Shown piece by piece: positions 1-12,500 of a DNA stretch of 64,000 nt; within the stretch, counting starts at the first letter, position 1; every line of letters starts with the position of its first letter. Location: contig NMRA01000024.1 in NCBI GenBank assembly GCA_002633005.1, forward strand, positions 699,803-763,802, read 5' to 3'. The notes beneath the pieces are model-generated. The model worked only from the letters and a program-made list of their open reading frames with translations. It was not told the origin of the DNA and did not search any database. The translations under genes and the position numbers were made by a program. This stretch comes from Phoronis australis. Lineage: Eukaryota; Animalia; Phoronida.

Positions 1-248
1 ACTGACTGCTGCGCAGTAAAAATCATGCTAAATAAAATATTCATAAGAATTATTAATTTCTGTTGAAAAGTTTGACATGAAATCTATACGAAAGATTGTG
101 GGTAACGTACGAGAAGCACTCCAGATTACTGCTAGCACTTTCATTCTTTGTCAGAACTTACAATACATAAAAATCAATGCATGACAACTACAATCACATG
201 CTGCATAACAAAATTAGCAAGGCTGAGCAAGGTGTAGATTAAATTAAT

Positions 249-1774
249 TTAAATGCTTAAAAGGTACACTTCATCCGCTCTGGTCAATGTCTGTGAAACA
301 GAGAACAACAATAAATGTTCTTGGTAACATGTAAGAAACATCAAATTCATGCTTGGCATTCATACTCCGGTATACATAAGATTGGGGCTAAATCGACCAG
401 TTATACGTCTCGGCACACCTGTTTACACTCTTTCTTGCAATTAGAAAAAATAACCATAATTGATTTAACTGTTCTTGACGATTTTTCCCTGGTCCATTTT
501 ACTAAACATCGAATATACTCTTTATGTTGTACCTTGCTAAATGGTTCCTTAAGGTCATCCGGCAGATCATCTTGGCTATAGGCCTTGGACAACAACCATG
601 AAATGCAGAGACGGTGCCAAGCCTAGAATGGATAAAAGCGTGTACAAGAAGGATGCATTTTATTATACAACGACTTGTTAAAATCAGGCAACCAAGTTTC
701 TAACTAAGCAGTGTTTCAGTGTTCTCCACAACCTGTTTTGTCCACCACTAGAAAAACTAACTTGTATCCCCAGTTACCATATTTGCATAGGTATAATATA
801 TTGTTTGAAGACTAAAGTTGCCCTATTTTAGATAAATGCATAACTTTCATTGATGCCAGTGCTCTCATTTATGGAAAGGTTGCACATTTTCCAGTCCTAT
901 ATGGGGTCTTGGAAATTTAATTTTACTGGTCAAATTAGGTGTAGCTTCTGAGATTACACACTGACCACCATCTCTAGCCGACTAGAGACGGTGTAGCTCC
1001 TATGCGAACTTCATACGCCGGAAACTTATCACACTCACTAAAACGCCAATGTCACATTGTTATAAATATCTTTTGCGCATAGAGGGGCATCTTCCTTCCA
1101 ATTTGAAGAAATACTCCTGTTACCAGAAACTTTTCCTTCGAGCAGTCCCTTGTACAGTTCCCAAAATCGGTACATTTTACACTGTGCACGCCAGGGGATA
1201 TGACGTCATACCACCTGATGTGTGCAGTGTTAAAAATGGTTTGTTTCCAATTTTGGGAACTGAACGAGGGACTGCTCAAAGAAAAACTTTGATAACGGCA
1301 GTGTGAAAGGAAGGAATTAAATGCATCGATGGCCTCCTAAGGTGTCACTCTATGCACAAAAGATATTTATAATGTGACTTTGATGTTTTAGTCAGTGTGA
1401 GGCATAACTTGCCGAAAAGCTTTCAGCGTATGAAGCTCCTATAGGAGCTACACAGTCTCAGAGACAGTAGGTGGTAAATGTATAGCATATTCGAGATGAG
1501 TCAACATTGGATGTCAACATGCGGTGACACCATTTTTTGAAATTGACACTTAGAAATGACAAAAGTAAGAGAGATTCTTATGGTGTGGGAATACCTCACT
1601 CTCACTGTAGTGCTCCAAGTCCAACTCTGGCACATCCCAGTTGTTTTCAATGGGGACGTCCATTTCTTCATTGATGGTTATTTCTTCTTCGTTCGAACAC
1701 TCCGGTTGGTGGCTTTCATTTGTACTTTCCTCATCATGCTGTGGATTGAAATAATTCACAAGAGCGTTCCACAT
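249..1774 (-). CDS. Short gene with a CAMSAP/Patronin-like N-terminal motif; exons 1774-1595 and 622-533, probable terminal exon 290-249 (~103 aa)
   Basis: Exon 1774-1595 (MWNALV...ELDLEHYSESE, donor GAG|GTATTC) joins in phase 0 to exon 622-533 (TAG|AWHRLCISWLLSKAYSQDDLPDDLKEPFSK|GTACAA). The joined peptide LEHYSESEAWHRLCISWLLSKAYSQDDLPDDLKEPF aligns without gaps to the CAMSAP1 start as I recall it (LDRYDAARAKIAANLQWICAKAYGRDNIPEDLRDPF). A strong polypyrimidine/CAG acceptor at 291-293 gives TLTRADEVYLLSI*. The 3' end is uncertain. Confidence 0.6.
955..1482. mobile_element. ~530-bp foldback (near-palindromic) MITE in the intron of the CAMSAP-like gene
   Basis: Nested inverted arms: 985-1026 vs 1415-1459, 1032-1095 vs 1340-1400, and 1119-1198 vs 1211-1296. 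The centre is the palindrome TATGACGTCATA (1199-1210). The ends read TACACACTGACCACC ... GGTGGTAAATGTA. Confidence 0.8.
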
Positions 1775-2129
1775 GGACGTCACTTGTTCTCTGTTAAAAC
1801 TGTAACAGACGTCGGGATTTTTAATTTAAAAATCTCGTTTGGAAAAATAATCGAACGGAGTTGATCGACATCAATAAAATTATTTCAAACCAGGCACAAA
1901 ACGCATTGTCTATTGATCCAAAAGTTAGATTATTTAGTCATCAGAGCATTTCATTCAATTGCCGACAAGTTGAAAAATCTATTATGCCGCATTTTATCAG
2001 AAAACACACGAAAATCCCTAAACCAACACCTAAAATTATTTTCTGCTAAAACCTTTTCCGGTTAATGCACGCATGCGTAATGCATATTTCCCAAAGTTCA
2101 TCATTCCGGAAGTTTTGTTCTGACGTGTC
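1775..2129. promoter_or_regulatory. Compact bidirectional promoter between the CAMSAP-like gene and SDF2
   Basis: The divergent ATGs are only 355 bp apart. Motifs: NRF1-like TGCACGCATGCGTA (2066-2079), ETS-type CCGGAAGT (2106-2113), and bZIP/UPRE-like TGACGTGTCA (2121-2130). Confidence 0.5.
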
Positions 2130-5100
2130 ATGGCCGCCGCCTGGGAGTTTGTGTGTGTTACTCTAACTCTGTTGTTGGTTTTATTCGAAAATGTGGACTG
2201 TAAAAGTAAGTTAAGTCGTCGTATCAATTCATTTTGTGAATATGATGGCTTATATTTATCGAGTGATATATAGTTACTTCTCTGTATTTCAAAACCGACC
2301 TGATATCGTCCCGCCGGCTTCAGCCAATCCGGTTTTTACAACGCATGATTCCCTCAATAGTCAGTGGCATTATAATTGGCATTGCTTTGGATATTAGAAT
2401 ATGAACATTGTAATATAGTTTCAGAGTTCACACAATGTAGGATTGATTTTTATCTGCGGTAAATCAAATTTGCATCACCTCATTTCTTTTTTGTGGACTG
2501 CTTGAGAGCCGCGAGGAGTTGAGAAACTAGGTGACTCTTGACTTGAGAAACCAGCACAACCTCACAGTCACAGTATTCGCTCCTTAGCAGTACCAGCTTT
2601 GGTCGTTTTCGCCACTAAACAAGTCTAGGGAAAAGATCACAGTTTGTTTGATTGATCTTGATGTAATCATAAATCTGATTCAACAAAAGCCCTTGTTTCC
2701 ACTTTGTCTCAAGACACTTGAAAAAAATGCCTTACATAAAGCAAGTTCTCTTTTGCCTTGGCCTTGGGCTAAGTGCAAAGGTGTACCAATATATACATAC
2801 AGCTTTGCACCAATGTGAGTTAAAAATTGTCCCTATAAAATTTAACAAAAATTTAACAGACGCTCACGTCACAAAAGCCGTAGACTGATGAAAGAAAATG
2901 ATGCTGATTAGATTGCTTTTCATTTAAATTGGTATAACTGACAAAGTGAATTCCATATTTTGCATGCATCCCAGTCAGTCATGAGTTCTACCGAGCAGAA
3001 CTACCCCAGACTGTGTAATTTGAAGTCTATGTAAAATTTACATCCATCGCCTCTTGGATGTATTTTTTGTAGTGTGGATGAAACTTTTATGTATGGTCTT
3101 TGGAGAAATAGTTTAAATTTGAAAGGTTGTATGCCAGTTGGTATATTCTAATCAATTTTGGACATAAATAATTGCCGAGTTTGACCTTTTGTTTTTAAAA
3201 GCTTCTAACATTGCTTTGAATGTCCACAAGTGATCAAACCGTTGTCTGTTGGTAAGTGTGGTATAGAACATCATGGTATTTTAATGCGGTGCTTCTTATC
3301 TTTTATGATAAAATAAAAAAATGTCATTTCACTTGTCCGTCATATTATGTCCTAGACTGTTGAGGTTATATTGTTAGGGTACTTTTCAATTGGGGTGTAA
3401 AAGCAGTGTCATCTGGAAATCATGGTGCATGCAATTTTTAAGATAATCGCCTAATACCCAATTTAGGCATGTTCGTATTTCTAAAGGGGCTGTTTTATTT
3501 TTTTGAATTAAAAGTTATGTGTTATTTCATTAAAATTTTGAAAATGAGACATTTATTCTGGTGTTTCACTTTTAACAGTTGTGTTGTTTATGTTGTAACA
3601 GATACAGCATGTTTCGCAGTCTAAATTGAAACAAATTGATCGTGTCTGTTCAGACCTGCATTTATTGTGTAAGGCGATGTGTTTTTCTCGAATTAAACAT
3701 AAATTCACCTAAAATTTTATTTTACATCTAGGACATAGAAGTAAGTATATTTGATCAGAAATCCTGTGATGCGTTTGGGATGAAAGACCCTTACAGCCAA
3801 AGGAGTTGCGTCGACATTGCAATCAGTCACGATCTGGTTGATTTTGCATGGCATTGTGTTCAAAGTTGCTTATGACCTTGATAAGGTCGCTTCTGAAGTC
3901 AACTTTCTTCACAAGTGTTGCCTCCCATCCTCTGTATTAACTGCGTATGGGGTGGCGTATTGTAGAAATTATCAATTAGTTAACCGAACCATTCGACATA
4001 TTTTTTCATGAACACCTCGGGTTCTGGTATATTTATGTCCACAGTTCTCTCTGAGGTGTTTCATGTAGACCTGCAGCTTTTTCTGCGCAGGTGTGAACTT
4101 CATTCAGTACAAAAATTTGTGTGGCTGTCAAAACAGAGGATGCCTTTGAATGTGTTGGGATACCCCTGTGATTATAGATTGAAACACAAGTTAACAGCAC
4201 AGCATCAGGCATATCGTGGATTGAGGATGATGTCGGTTACCTCTTTTGATACCTACGTGGACAACCTCGATTTTTAGCCTTTGTTGTTACGATTGAAGTT
4301 TGCGCACAGATGTATCATGCTTCAGAAATGTTGTTTATGTTTCTTCTAACATTCTTTGTCAAACTAGAAAGAAAATCTGGTTTTTATTGCAACTGACTGG
4401 GATTATTCATGTGGAAATAATCTTAAGTTGTTAAAATTGTTGAAAATTAATAAATGCGTAAAAGCTACTTCAAATGGTTTTGTTAACTTACTGTTTGCAT
4501 TTTGTTTTTGTATTCAATGTCTTGTTTTATGCTGACCATCTTTATTTGTTTTTTTGGACATCGTGGCAAAGTCACGTGATTATTTTGTTCCAAAAAATAG
4601 TTTAGACAATATTAATAATCACCTTATTTTAGCTTGAAACATTAGTTCTTCGAACAATTTTTACAGGTGATACAAAACTCTTGACTAGCCTCTCTGGCTT
4701 GTGTTATCATTTCAAAGTATTTAGGATGGATGAGATATGATATAGTTTCATTAACAAATTTTCTGTTGCATTCTGGATTATAGAGTCTAAAAGTAAGTAA
4801 CAGATTTAATTTCTCATTGTGGTGGAGTGCAAATTATTTGTTGCATTCAGAGACCTCTGGTCACTGGGGTATTTCATCATGTCATCATCTGTTTTTTGTT
4901 AAATGTGTGTTTTTTCAGTCTTTTGGCTTAATTCTGGATTCTTTTTCTCTTTGCTTATTTGACTGTTTTAAGAATTTTATGTTTTGTTTTTGTGTGTTTT
5001 AACCTGTTTTTCTTGTGCGTGACATTTTGTTTTTACATTTGTGTTATGCATGGATATCTGTTTAGTTTTATTAGCTGATGAAAAGCAATGCAATGCTGGT

Positions 5101-8100
5101 TTGAGGCACATGGACTAATGTATGGACAAAATGCTGTAGTTTGGATGGAGGTAACTGGTTCATCTAGGATTTCAAAAATAATGCATCCAAAATGGGTTTC
5201 ATTATTTGTCAAGGCATCCATGACCCAATGGCACGTCACTGTGTTTGCATGACCCCAAGTGAAATTACTGTTATGCTGTAATATGATACTGTGGATACTT
5301 GAGTCTACAATAATGTTTATCGCCATGTTTTAAGTTTTTTATCGTGGACAGGCCCCCCGAGCTTGGGAGACCTTCTGCTATTGAGTTAAAGAGTCATCCA
5401 CGCTTGCTGAACAGGGCGTCCTAGCTAGGGTGGCTAAATATGAGCCAGAATGTCAATTTGGATAGCTGCGAGGTGGAGGCCTGAATTTGTGACAGTCTCT
5501 AAAATTAGGAAACCAAAATTCATGTTTTTTATTTTGAAGGTTGGGACATGGACGATTTTTGCCATTCATCAGGGCATTGTGTTTTGTATCAACAGAGTAT
5601 GATAGACTTGACAGTTCGTATCGTTGCTGTGTCCCCATGAATAATCAACTATCGTTGATTGCAGTTCTTGAATTTGGAACCGCCAATATTGCCTATTTCT
5701 AAAATTTGGTGTAACTTTGAGCAAAATAAATTTATTTTGATGGTGCCCAAACTGAAGAATATTTACATCATGTGTTTTACCTGCCTTTGTGAACTTTTTG
5801 CTCCACCGTACTCGTTTATATAGTTTTTGTGTACAACATCTCGTTTAACATGTCAGTGAGAGTGACCAGTCCGGTGTGTGTTTGGAGAGTGAACACACAT
5901 TGGGTAACCTGTCTTTCTTCCTCACGAACTCTGCACTTGTTCTCCGTAACACTGTTCCATTGCCATGAATGCAATTCCGTTGTCATGAACTGTATTCTCT
6001 TTCTCATTTATTATAATTGTGTTCATATGAACACATTTCTTACCTCCTGACCTGTATCTTACAGTGCCTTTGATACAAAGTACCTAGCATGTTCCACTCA
6101 TGTCTCTCTTGTGGAATCGTATAAAATATGGATCTTGAGAAAAGCTATTTTTTGTAAGAGAGGAAATGGGGTTCTAGTTCTCCTGCAGGAAAGTAAGCTT
6201 GTAAGAAAATATCGTATTCATGAGTATATTACTGGTGAATACACCGGTGCGGTTCATGAGACAAGAAGACTACCCTCGCACAAACAGTGTTTCACCAACC
6301 TTTGTGTACACTTAACCAGCATCCTGAACTTAAGCCCCTGTCGCTCATATAATTCACAGAATAAGATTTTTATAGAAGATAGCACTTTTTGTTTTACAAA
6401 CTGGCTGCTTCAAATTTTGGTGAAAATGCTGGCATGATTATGATTTTTGTTCCATTTCAAAATTCATTTATAATCAATGTTTTGTTTTTTTTGTGACACT
6501 GTATGTAGTATACAATGTGTTTGCCAAGTTAATGCGTTTGCCAAGTTAATGCGCTTAGCTACTTGTGAAGGTGTGTTGAAATAAACGTCCATATCCGTTT
6601 AACGCTCTGAGTAAAACTTAAGAAACACATACTTGGTCATTTGATTTTAGCAAAGGTGTATACTAATGTTAAGTTAAAAATATTGTTTTTTCTCTTTATA
6701 ATGCTTCAATTACCTCTTTTCAGAGCTGGAGTATCAATATGTCACTTGTGGCTCAACACTAAAACTGGTCAATGTGCAGAATCACGTGCGTCTACATTCC
6801 CACGATGTCAAGTACGGGTCAGGTAGTGGTCAGCAGGTCAGTATTGTTGTCCGTTGGGGTCCAGTGTTGTCGTACTGTCTGACGCACTTATGGAGTGTTG
6901 TGTTACCTGCTTAGGGATTCTCCCGAGGAAGTGGTAGGGAGATTTGCCCTTGGTCTGGATTTTGAGTGCACTGCACCATCTCCCTAGCCACTATGTGGAA
7001 GAAAAGCCAGCAATAGTCACTAACAGTGGTCAAAATTTTTAGAACCAGTTAGGTGCCTGTTGTTCGGTGGCGAAAACTGGTTTTCAAAATGCGGGGACCC
7101 TTGCATGTGACTTATTACTGAAAAGCTTGATACTTGTGAAATAATTTACCCAAATAGATTATTGCCAAAGGGAACATTTTGTGGGGGTTGATAGTTTATT
7201 TGTAGCATGATTAATGAGTGCTGAGATTTGTCATCAGTTTACTGCATATGTCCTCGTTTCATGCATGCCTCAAGCAGCCAAAACTTATGTTTTGTAGACG
7301 TGATTCTAACCTTGATGGGGATTTTTTAATCATTGGAGGGACATTTTATGGGACTGATGAGGGGAGTTTCACGTCATTTTCAAACATATTTTTAGAGCAG
7401 AATGGGTCCACTGTTTAGCCCCAAAATCGAGGATCATGGTGGTCCAAATCAAAACTGTTTCCTTGACAGGAAGCACGTAGCACCGTAAAATTTCCCGGCT
7501 CATTTTTCATTGGTGCACCTGGAGGTCAGATACAGTAGTGAACATGGTGACTGAGTTTATTTCTTTCCCTTTCAGTCGGTGACCGCAGTAGAGTCCACAG
7601 ATGACCATAACAGTTACTGGCAGATAAAGCCGAAGATGGGAGCTGAGTGTGAACGAGGGTAAAGTAGAAATTTATTTTGAAAAGACGTGGTATCAGTAGT
7701 CTTTTAAAAAAATATGTTTTGATTTTTAGTATACTTAGCAATGTAAACAATTTTTTTGCAATTGTAACAATATGCAAATTAAAACCTCATTTTCCTTAGT
7801 AAATGGCAATCCAAACATCATCACATATTGAGGAGACAATGTGATTTAGTGGTTTGAGCTCCAGACTCCATCTGGGTGACCCTGGTTCGAGTCCTGGCTT
7901 TACTGGCTGAAAATCAAGCATTGCACAAAAGGTGTCTCCCACTGCTCTGAGCTCCATTTTACAAATGAATGTATGCACGGGTGTGAATGAGAACCTGGAT
8001 ATAATGAGAAAGCGATTTCCGGGGCTGTGCTCATATTAAGAAAATTACATATTTATATAAATCATTTTTTTAATTCTCATTTTGGCCATGATACCTTTTT

Positions 8101-9560
8101 GTCCGAGCATTATGAATCATTTTAATTATTACTTTTGTCCCAATATGATGAGATTTTCTCATACTTCTTGTTCACCAGGAAACCCATCAAGTGTGGTCAG
8201 ACCATCCGGCTACTTCACCTGACCACGCACAAAATGTTACACAGTCATCATTTCAACTCACCACTCTCTCATAACCTGGAGGTGAGCGCGTTCGGAGACA
8301 ATGGCGTGGGTGACGAAGGTAGGCACAGTATCTGTCTTGAAGAGATTCGTCGTTTACTAACGAGTGTTGTACTCCATAATTCGTCTTGCATGACCTTTCA
8401 CTACACGTACATTAATTTGGTTTGTTTTCAGGTTTTGATAGGTAGCATTCGTGTTGACTTTCTTCTTTCAGAAAATATATACCTTTACTGAGTTTTAAGC
8501 AATGGTTTTTGTGTAGACTTGGCTTAATACGCACCCTGGTCTGTAAGGTCTTAACATAATGGTAGGACACCTAAACTAACATTGTTTATCTCTGATGTGT
8601 GTGCTTTCTCTGTACTTAAAACTCTATGCTTAATGTGTGTGGTACCTCAAGAGTTGCATTGCTGTTTTTGGAAAAGGCAACATAAACTGACATTTTGATT
8701 TCCAACCACTATTTGCAGGTGACCACTGGGCGGTGATCTGCTCGGGCCAGTACTGGACGAGGGAGGGAAAAGTACGGCTAAAACACACAGTGACAGATCA
8801 GTGAGTAGTTTTGCACCTCATGTCAGCTGACGCGGTGTTGGGAAGAGATAAGGTTTACTACTACTGTGAAACTTTGTGTTGATTGAGGGGGCGGAGATGA
8901 AAATGCTGTCAATCAGGGTGTTCCCCGTCCCCACTCAAGCAAGCCTATGTTTACTGTCGTAAAACGGCACCTGTTACAAGAATTGAGTTTTAAAATTCAA
9001 CCACTCCTCACTGTAAAATTGGTCTTGGATTTTTCCTTAGTCAACTTGGAGGGATTTCTAGGCTTGGAAGGAATGCCTGCCGCTTTTGCTCGAGTGCAGA
9101 CTCAGCAACTGGGCTTGTCATTTTCTGCGTTGAATGTTGTTCAAGCAATAGTGAATTATGTTTACTCCAAGGTCAGAAACCTGTTCTCATCTGAGTTGGT
9201 TCAAGTTGAGATCAGTTTTATAGTTGCATGTGGTTTAAATGAAAAGGAACGTGCATTTACACACTGTAGAAAGGTACTTAGCCTTTGGAAAATGCAGAAA
9301 GTACAATTTTGTCAAATATTTTTGATTCATATAAATGTAGAATTATTGCACTTTATTTGTATAAAATGTGTCCATTGCTGTGTCATTCTAGCTACCTACA
9401 CGTTACTGGTGACACCTATGGACGACCCATTCATGGTCAAAGGGAGGTGTCGGCCTATCATAGCGTTCATGAAGGCAACTACTGGAAGGCTGCCGAGGGC
9501 ATATTTGTTAAACCGTCGGATGTACCCCTCGGATTTCGTGACATTCATGACGAGTTGTAG
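2130..9560 (+). CDS. SDF2: Stromal cell-derived factor 2 / SDF2L1-like ER MIR-domain protein, 220 aa; exons 2130-2205, 6724-6836, 7576-7658, 8179-8318, 8719-8800, 9392-9560
   Basis: All introns are GT-AG with matching phases; the CDS totals 663 nt. Signal peptide MAAAWEFVCVTLTLLLVLFENVDC. Hallmark MIR motifs VTCGSTLKL..RLHSHDVKYGSGSGQQSVTAV, IKCGQTIRLLHLTT..LHSHHFNSPLS..EVSAFG and YGRPIHGQREV..WKAAEGIFVKP. C-terminal HDEL ER-retention signal. Confidence 0.96.
7832..7900 (+). mobile_element. tRNA-derived SINE head (degenerate)
   Basis: A-box-like TGATTTAGTGG and B box GGTTCGAGTCC at tRNA-like spacing; no complete cloverleaf is evident. Confidence 0.5.
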
Positions 9561-12500
9561 CCAGCTGCCAGGACGTTTAGTAGAGATGGCGCTGTTGATG
9601 AAATTGGCCACGATGTTGCAACTTGAGAAATTGCGTCGGTGTTTTGTTGTTATGGCTGTTATTTCATACATTCTTTAGGAAGACATGCGTGTTTCTGGTT
9701 GAGGCTTTCAGTGAACAGTGTTTGTTAAACAGTTACAATGCTCTCAGGAAGGCTTTTTCATTCTGTAAACTAACATTTGCGGTGATAACAACTTTAGTGG
9801 ATGCTGTGATCTTTTCTCCACTCAAAAATATTACGTTGTAAATGTGTGCACCATCAACCTTTCATTTTGATATCTGCATCATGATTTTTATTGAGATTCG
9901 GTTTTCTTAAAATTCAAGTTAATTTAATCCTTAATGCTTGTTGTATTTTCAAACTGCTAATGGTTATCAAACATTTGTTGTAGCCACGTCATGTTAAGAT
10001 ATGAACCGTATGTACTCTGTTGTAGGTGATTTGTCATCTCTAGTCTTGTGCTTGAGCTTGGCGCACCATTGAACCCGTGCTTTCTGTGAAAAATAAGTTT
10101 CGATTCAGGTCATCATTAGGAAATTGGCTTCAGATTGTTCCTTTGTCAAAATAGGTGTGATGTCTGGGTTTGAATAGGACTGATGCTTTGCTTCAGATCA
10201 AGCTTGTACAATTTAGAGTCATGGCGGGTTCCAAAATTTCATGACAGCTTGGACTGAAAAAAATAGTGAACTGTTAGCACTTCCTGAGCTGTGACACCCC
10301 CTCTAAACTAAGTTTGGTATAGTGGTAGGTGACCTGAATTAAAATTTGTATAGAAAGCATGGATATAATGTTGATATAACACTTACCATATAAAATACGA
10401 TGTGACCAACGGGGAAGCACTTGTTTTTACACGAAATGTCTATTGATGTTCAAGTGTTACTGATACAACTGTTGCTTATGTGTTTTATTTGGATTTAATT
10501 TAAATCTCAGACTGGTGTAATTTTAGCAGAATGTTGTAATTAGGAGTAATGTTAAGGGTTTTGTATTTTTGTGTATGCACTACCAAGTTTGGTTAAAATA
10601 CCTCCTATTAATGTGATTGGATTTCTGTAAGCAACTGGTGGTCCTGGTACTTCACTGGACTAGAGCATCTGCACGGTCACCTGAAAGAACTGGGATCAAG
10701 CTCCCGTTGGGACCTATCTTTTTGGGCTTAACTATAGGCCTACATATGCTGTGTAAGGAGTGTAATAATTCTTACTTACAATGTTTACTGTTGTATATAT
10801 CAATCCTGTGTCATTTGAAACACAGTCTTTAGTGATGAATCTGCGCCAGTATGGGTGTAACCTAATTTCTTATTTTAGGTTGATCTTGGGTTGGCATGAA
10901 TCTTGATTTTCTTGGAACAAGTTTTGTAGTAATGAGTTAGAAGCTCACTAGGTGGTGCTACTTAAGTAATGGTCATAGGCTAGACCAAAATCCTGGTACC
11001 CATGTTTTAGAGCTTTGTTAAAAATAGATCCTAACGAAGTGTCTTAGCAGAGCAAACAACCTTCCCTGTTAAAAGGAAAATCTGAAATGGGAAAAACATA
11101 CCTTTCATAGTAATCANACACAGTGACAGATCAGTGAGTAGTTGTACACCTCATGTCAACTGACGCGGTGTTGGGAAGAGATAAGGTTTACTACTACCTG
11201 TGAAACTTTGTGGTGATTGAGGGGGCGGAGATGAAAATGTTGTCAATCAGGGTGTTGGGCTCGCGTTTGTTCCCTCTCCCCACTCAAGCAAGCCTATGTT
11301 TACTGTCGTAAAACAACACCTGTTACAAGAAACAAGTTTTAAAATTCAACCACTCCTCACTGTAACATTGGTCTTGGATTTTTCGTTAGTCAAATTGGAG
11401 GGATTTCTAGGCTTGGAAGGAATGCCTGCCGCTTTTGCTCGAGTCCAGACTCAGCAACTGGGTTTGTCATTTTGTGCGTTGAATGTTATTCAAGCAATAG
11501 CGAGTTATGTTTACTCCAAGGTCAGAAACCTGTTCTCATCTGAGTTGGTTCAAGTTGAGATCAGTTTTGTAGTTGCATGTGGTTTAAATGAAAAGGAACG
11601 TAGATTTACAAACTGTAGAAAGGTACTTAGCCTTTGGAGAATGCAGAAAGTACAATTTTGTCAAATATTTTTGATTCACATTAATATATAATTAATGTAC
11701 TTTTGTATAAAATGTGTCCGTTGCTGTGTCATTCTAGCTACCTACACGTTACTGGTGACACCTATGGACGACCCATTCATGGTCAAAGGGAGGTGTCGGC
11801 CTATCATAGCGTTCATGAAGGCAACTACTGGAAGGCTGCCGAGGGCATATTTGTTAAACCGTCGGACGTACCCCTCGGATTTCGTGACATTCATGACGAG
11901 TTGTAGCCAGCTGCCAGGACGCTGTTGATGAAATTGGCCACGATGTTGCAACTTGAGAAATTGCGTCGGTGTTTTGTTGTTATGGCTGTTATTTCATACA
12001 TTCTTTAGGAAGACATGCGTGTTTCTGGTTGAGGCTTTCAGTGAACAGTGTTTGTTAAACAGTTACAATGCTCTCAGGAAGGCTTTTTTTCATTCTGCAA
12101 ACTAACATTTACGGTGGTAACAACTTTAGTGGATGCTGTGATCTTTTCTCCACTCAAAACTATTCCATTGTAAATGTGTGCACCATCAACCTTTCATTTT
12201 GATATCTGCGTCATGATTTTTATTGAGATTCGATTTTCCTAAAATTCAAGTTAATTTAATCCTTAATGCTTGTTGTATTTTCAAACTGCTACTGGTTATC
12301 AAACATTTGTTGTAGTCACGTCATGTTAAGATATGAACCGTATGTACTCTGTTGTAGGTGATTTGTCATCTCTAGTCTTGTGCTTGAGCTTGGCGCACCA
12401 TTGAACCCGTGCTTTCTGTGAAAAATAAGTTTCGATTTAGGTCATCATTAGGAAATTGGCTTCAGATTGTTCCTTTGCCAAAATAGGTGTGATGTCTGGG

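Noticed and set aside
1039-1279. ORFs at 1049-1306 and 1052-1279, and a candidate minus-strand exon ending in GTGAGT at 1038
   Set aside because: They lie within the foldback element, and including the exon breaks both the frame and the CAMSAP alignment.
5033-5326. 97-aa minus-strand ORF faintly recalling a Tc1 DDE segment (ILQHN...)
   Set aside because: Catalytic motifs (DNA.PH, SPDLNPIE) are absent; the resemblance is too weak.
8947-9678. 243-aa ORF
   Set aside because: It runs through an SDF2 intron and the wrong frame of the last exon, and is broken by stops in the second copy.
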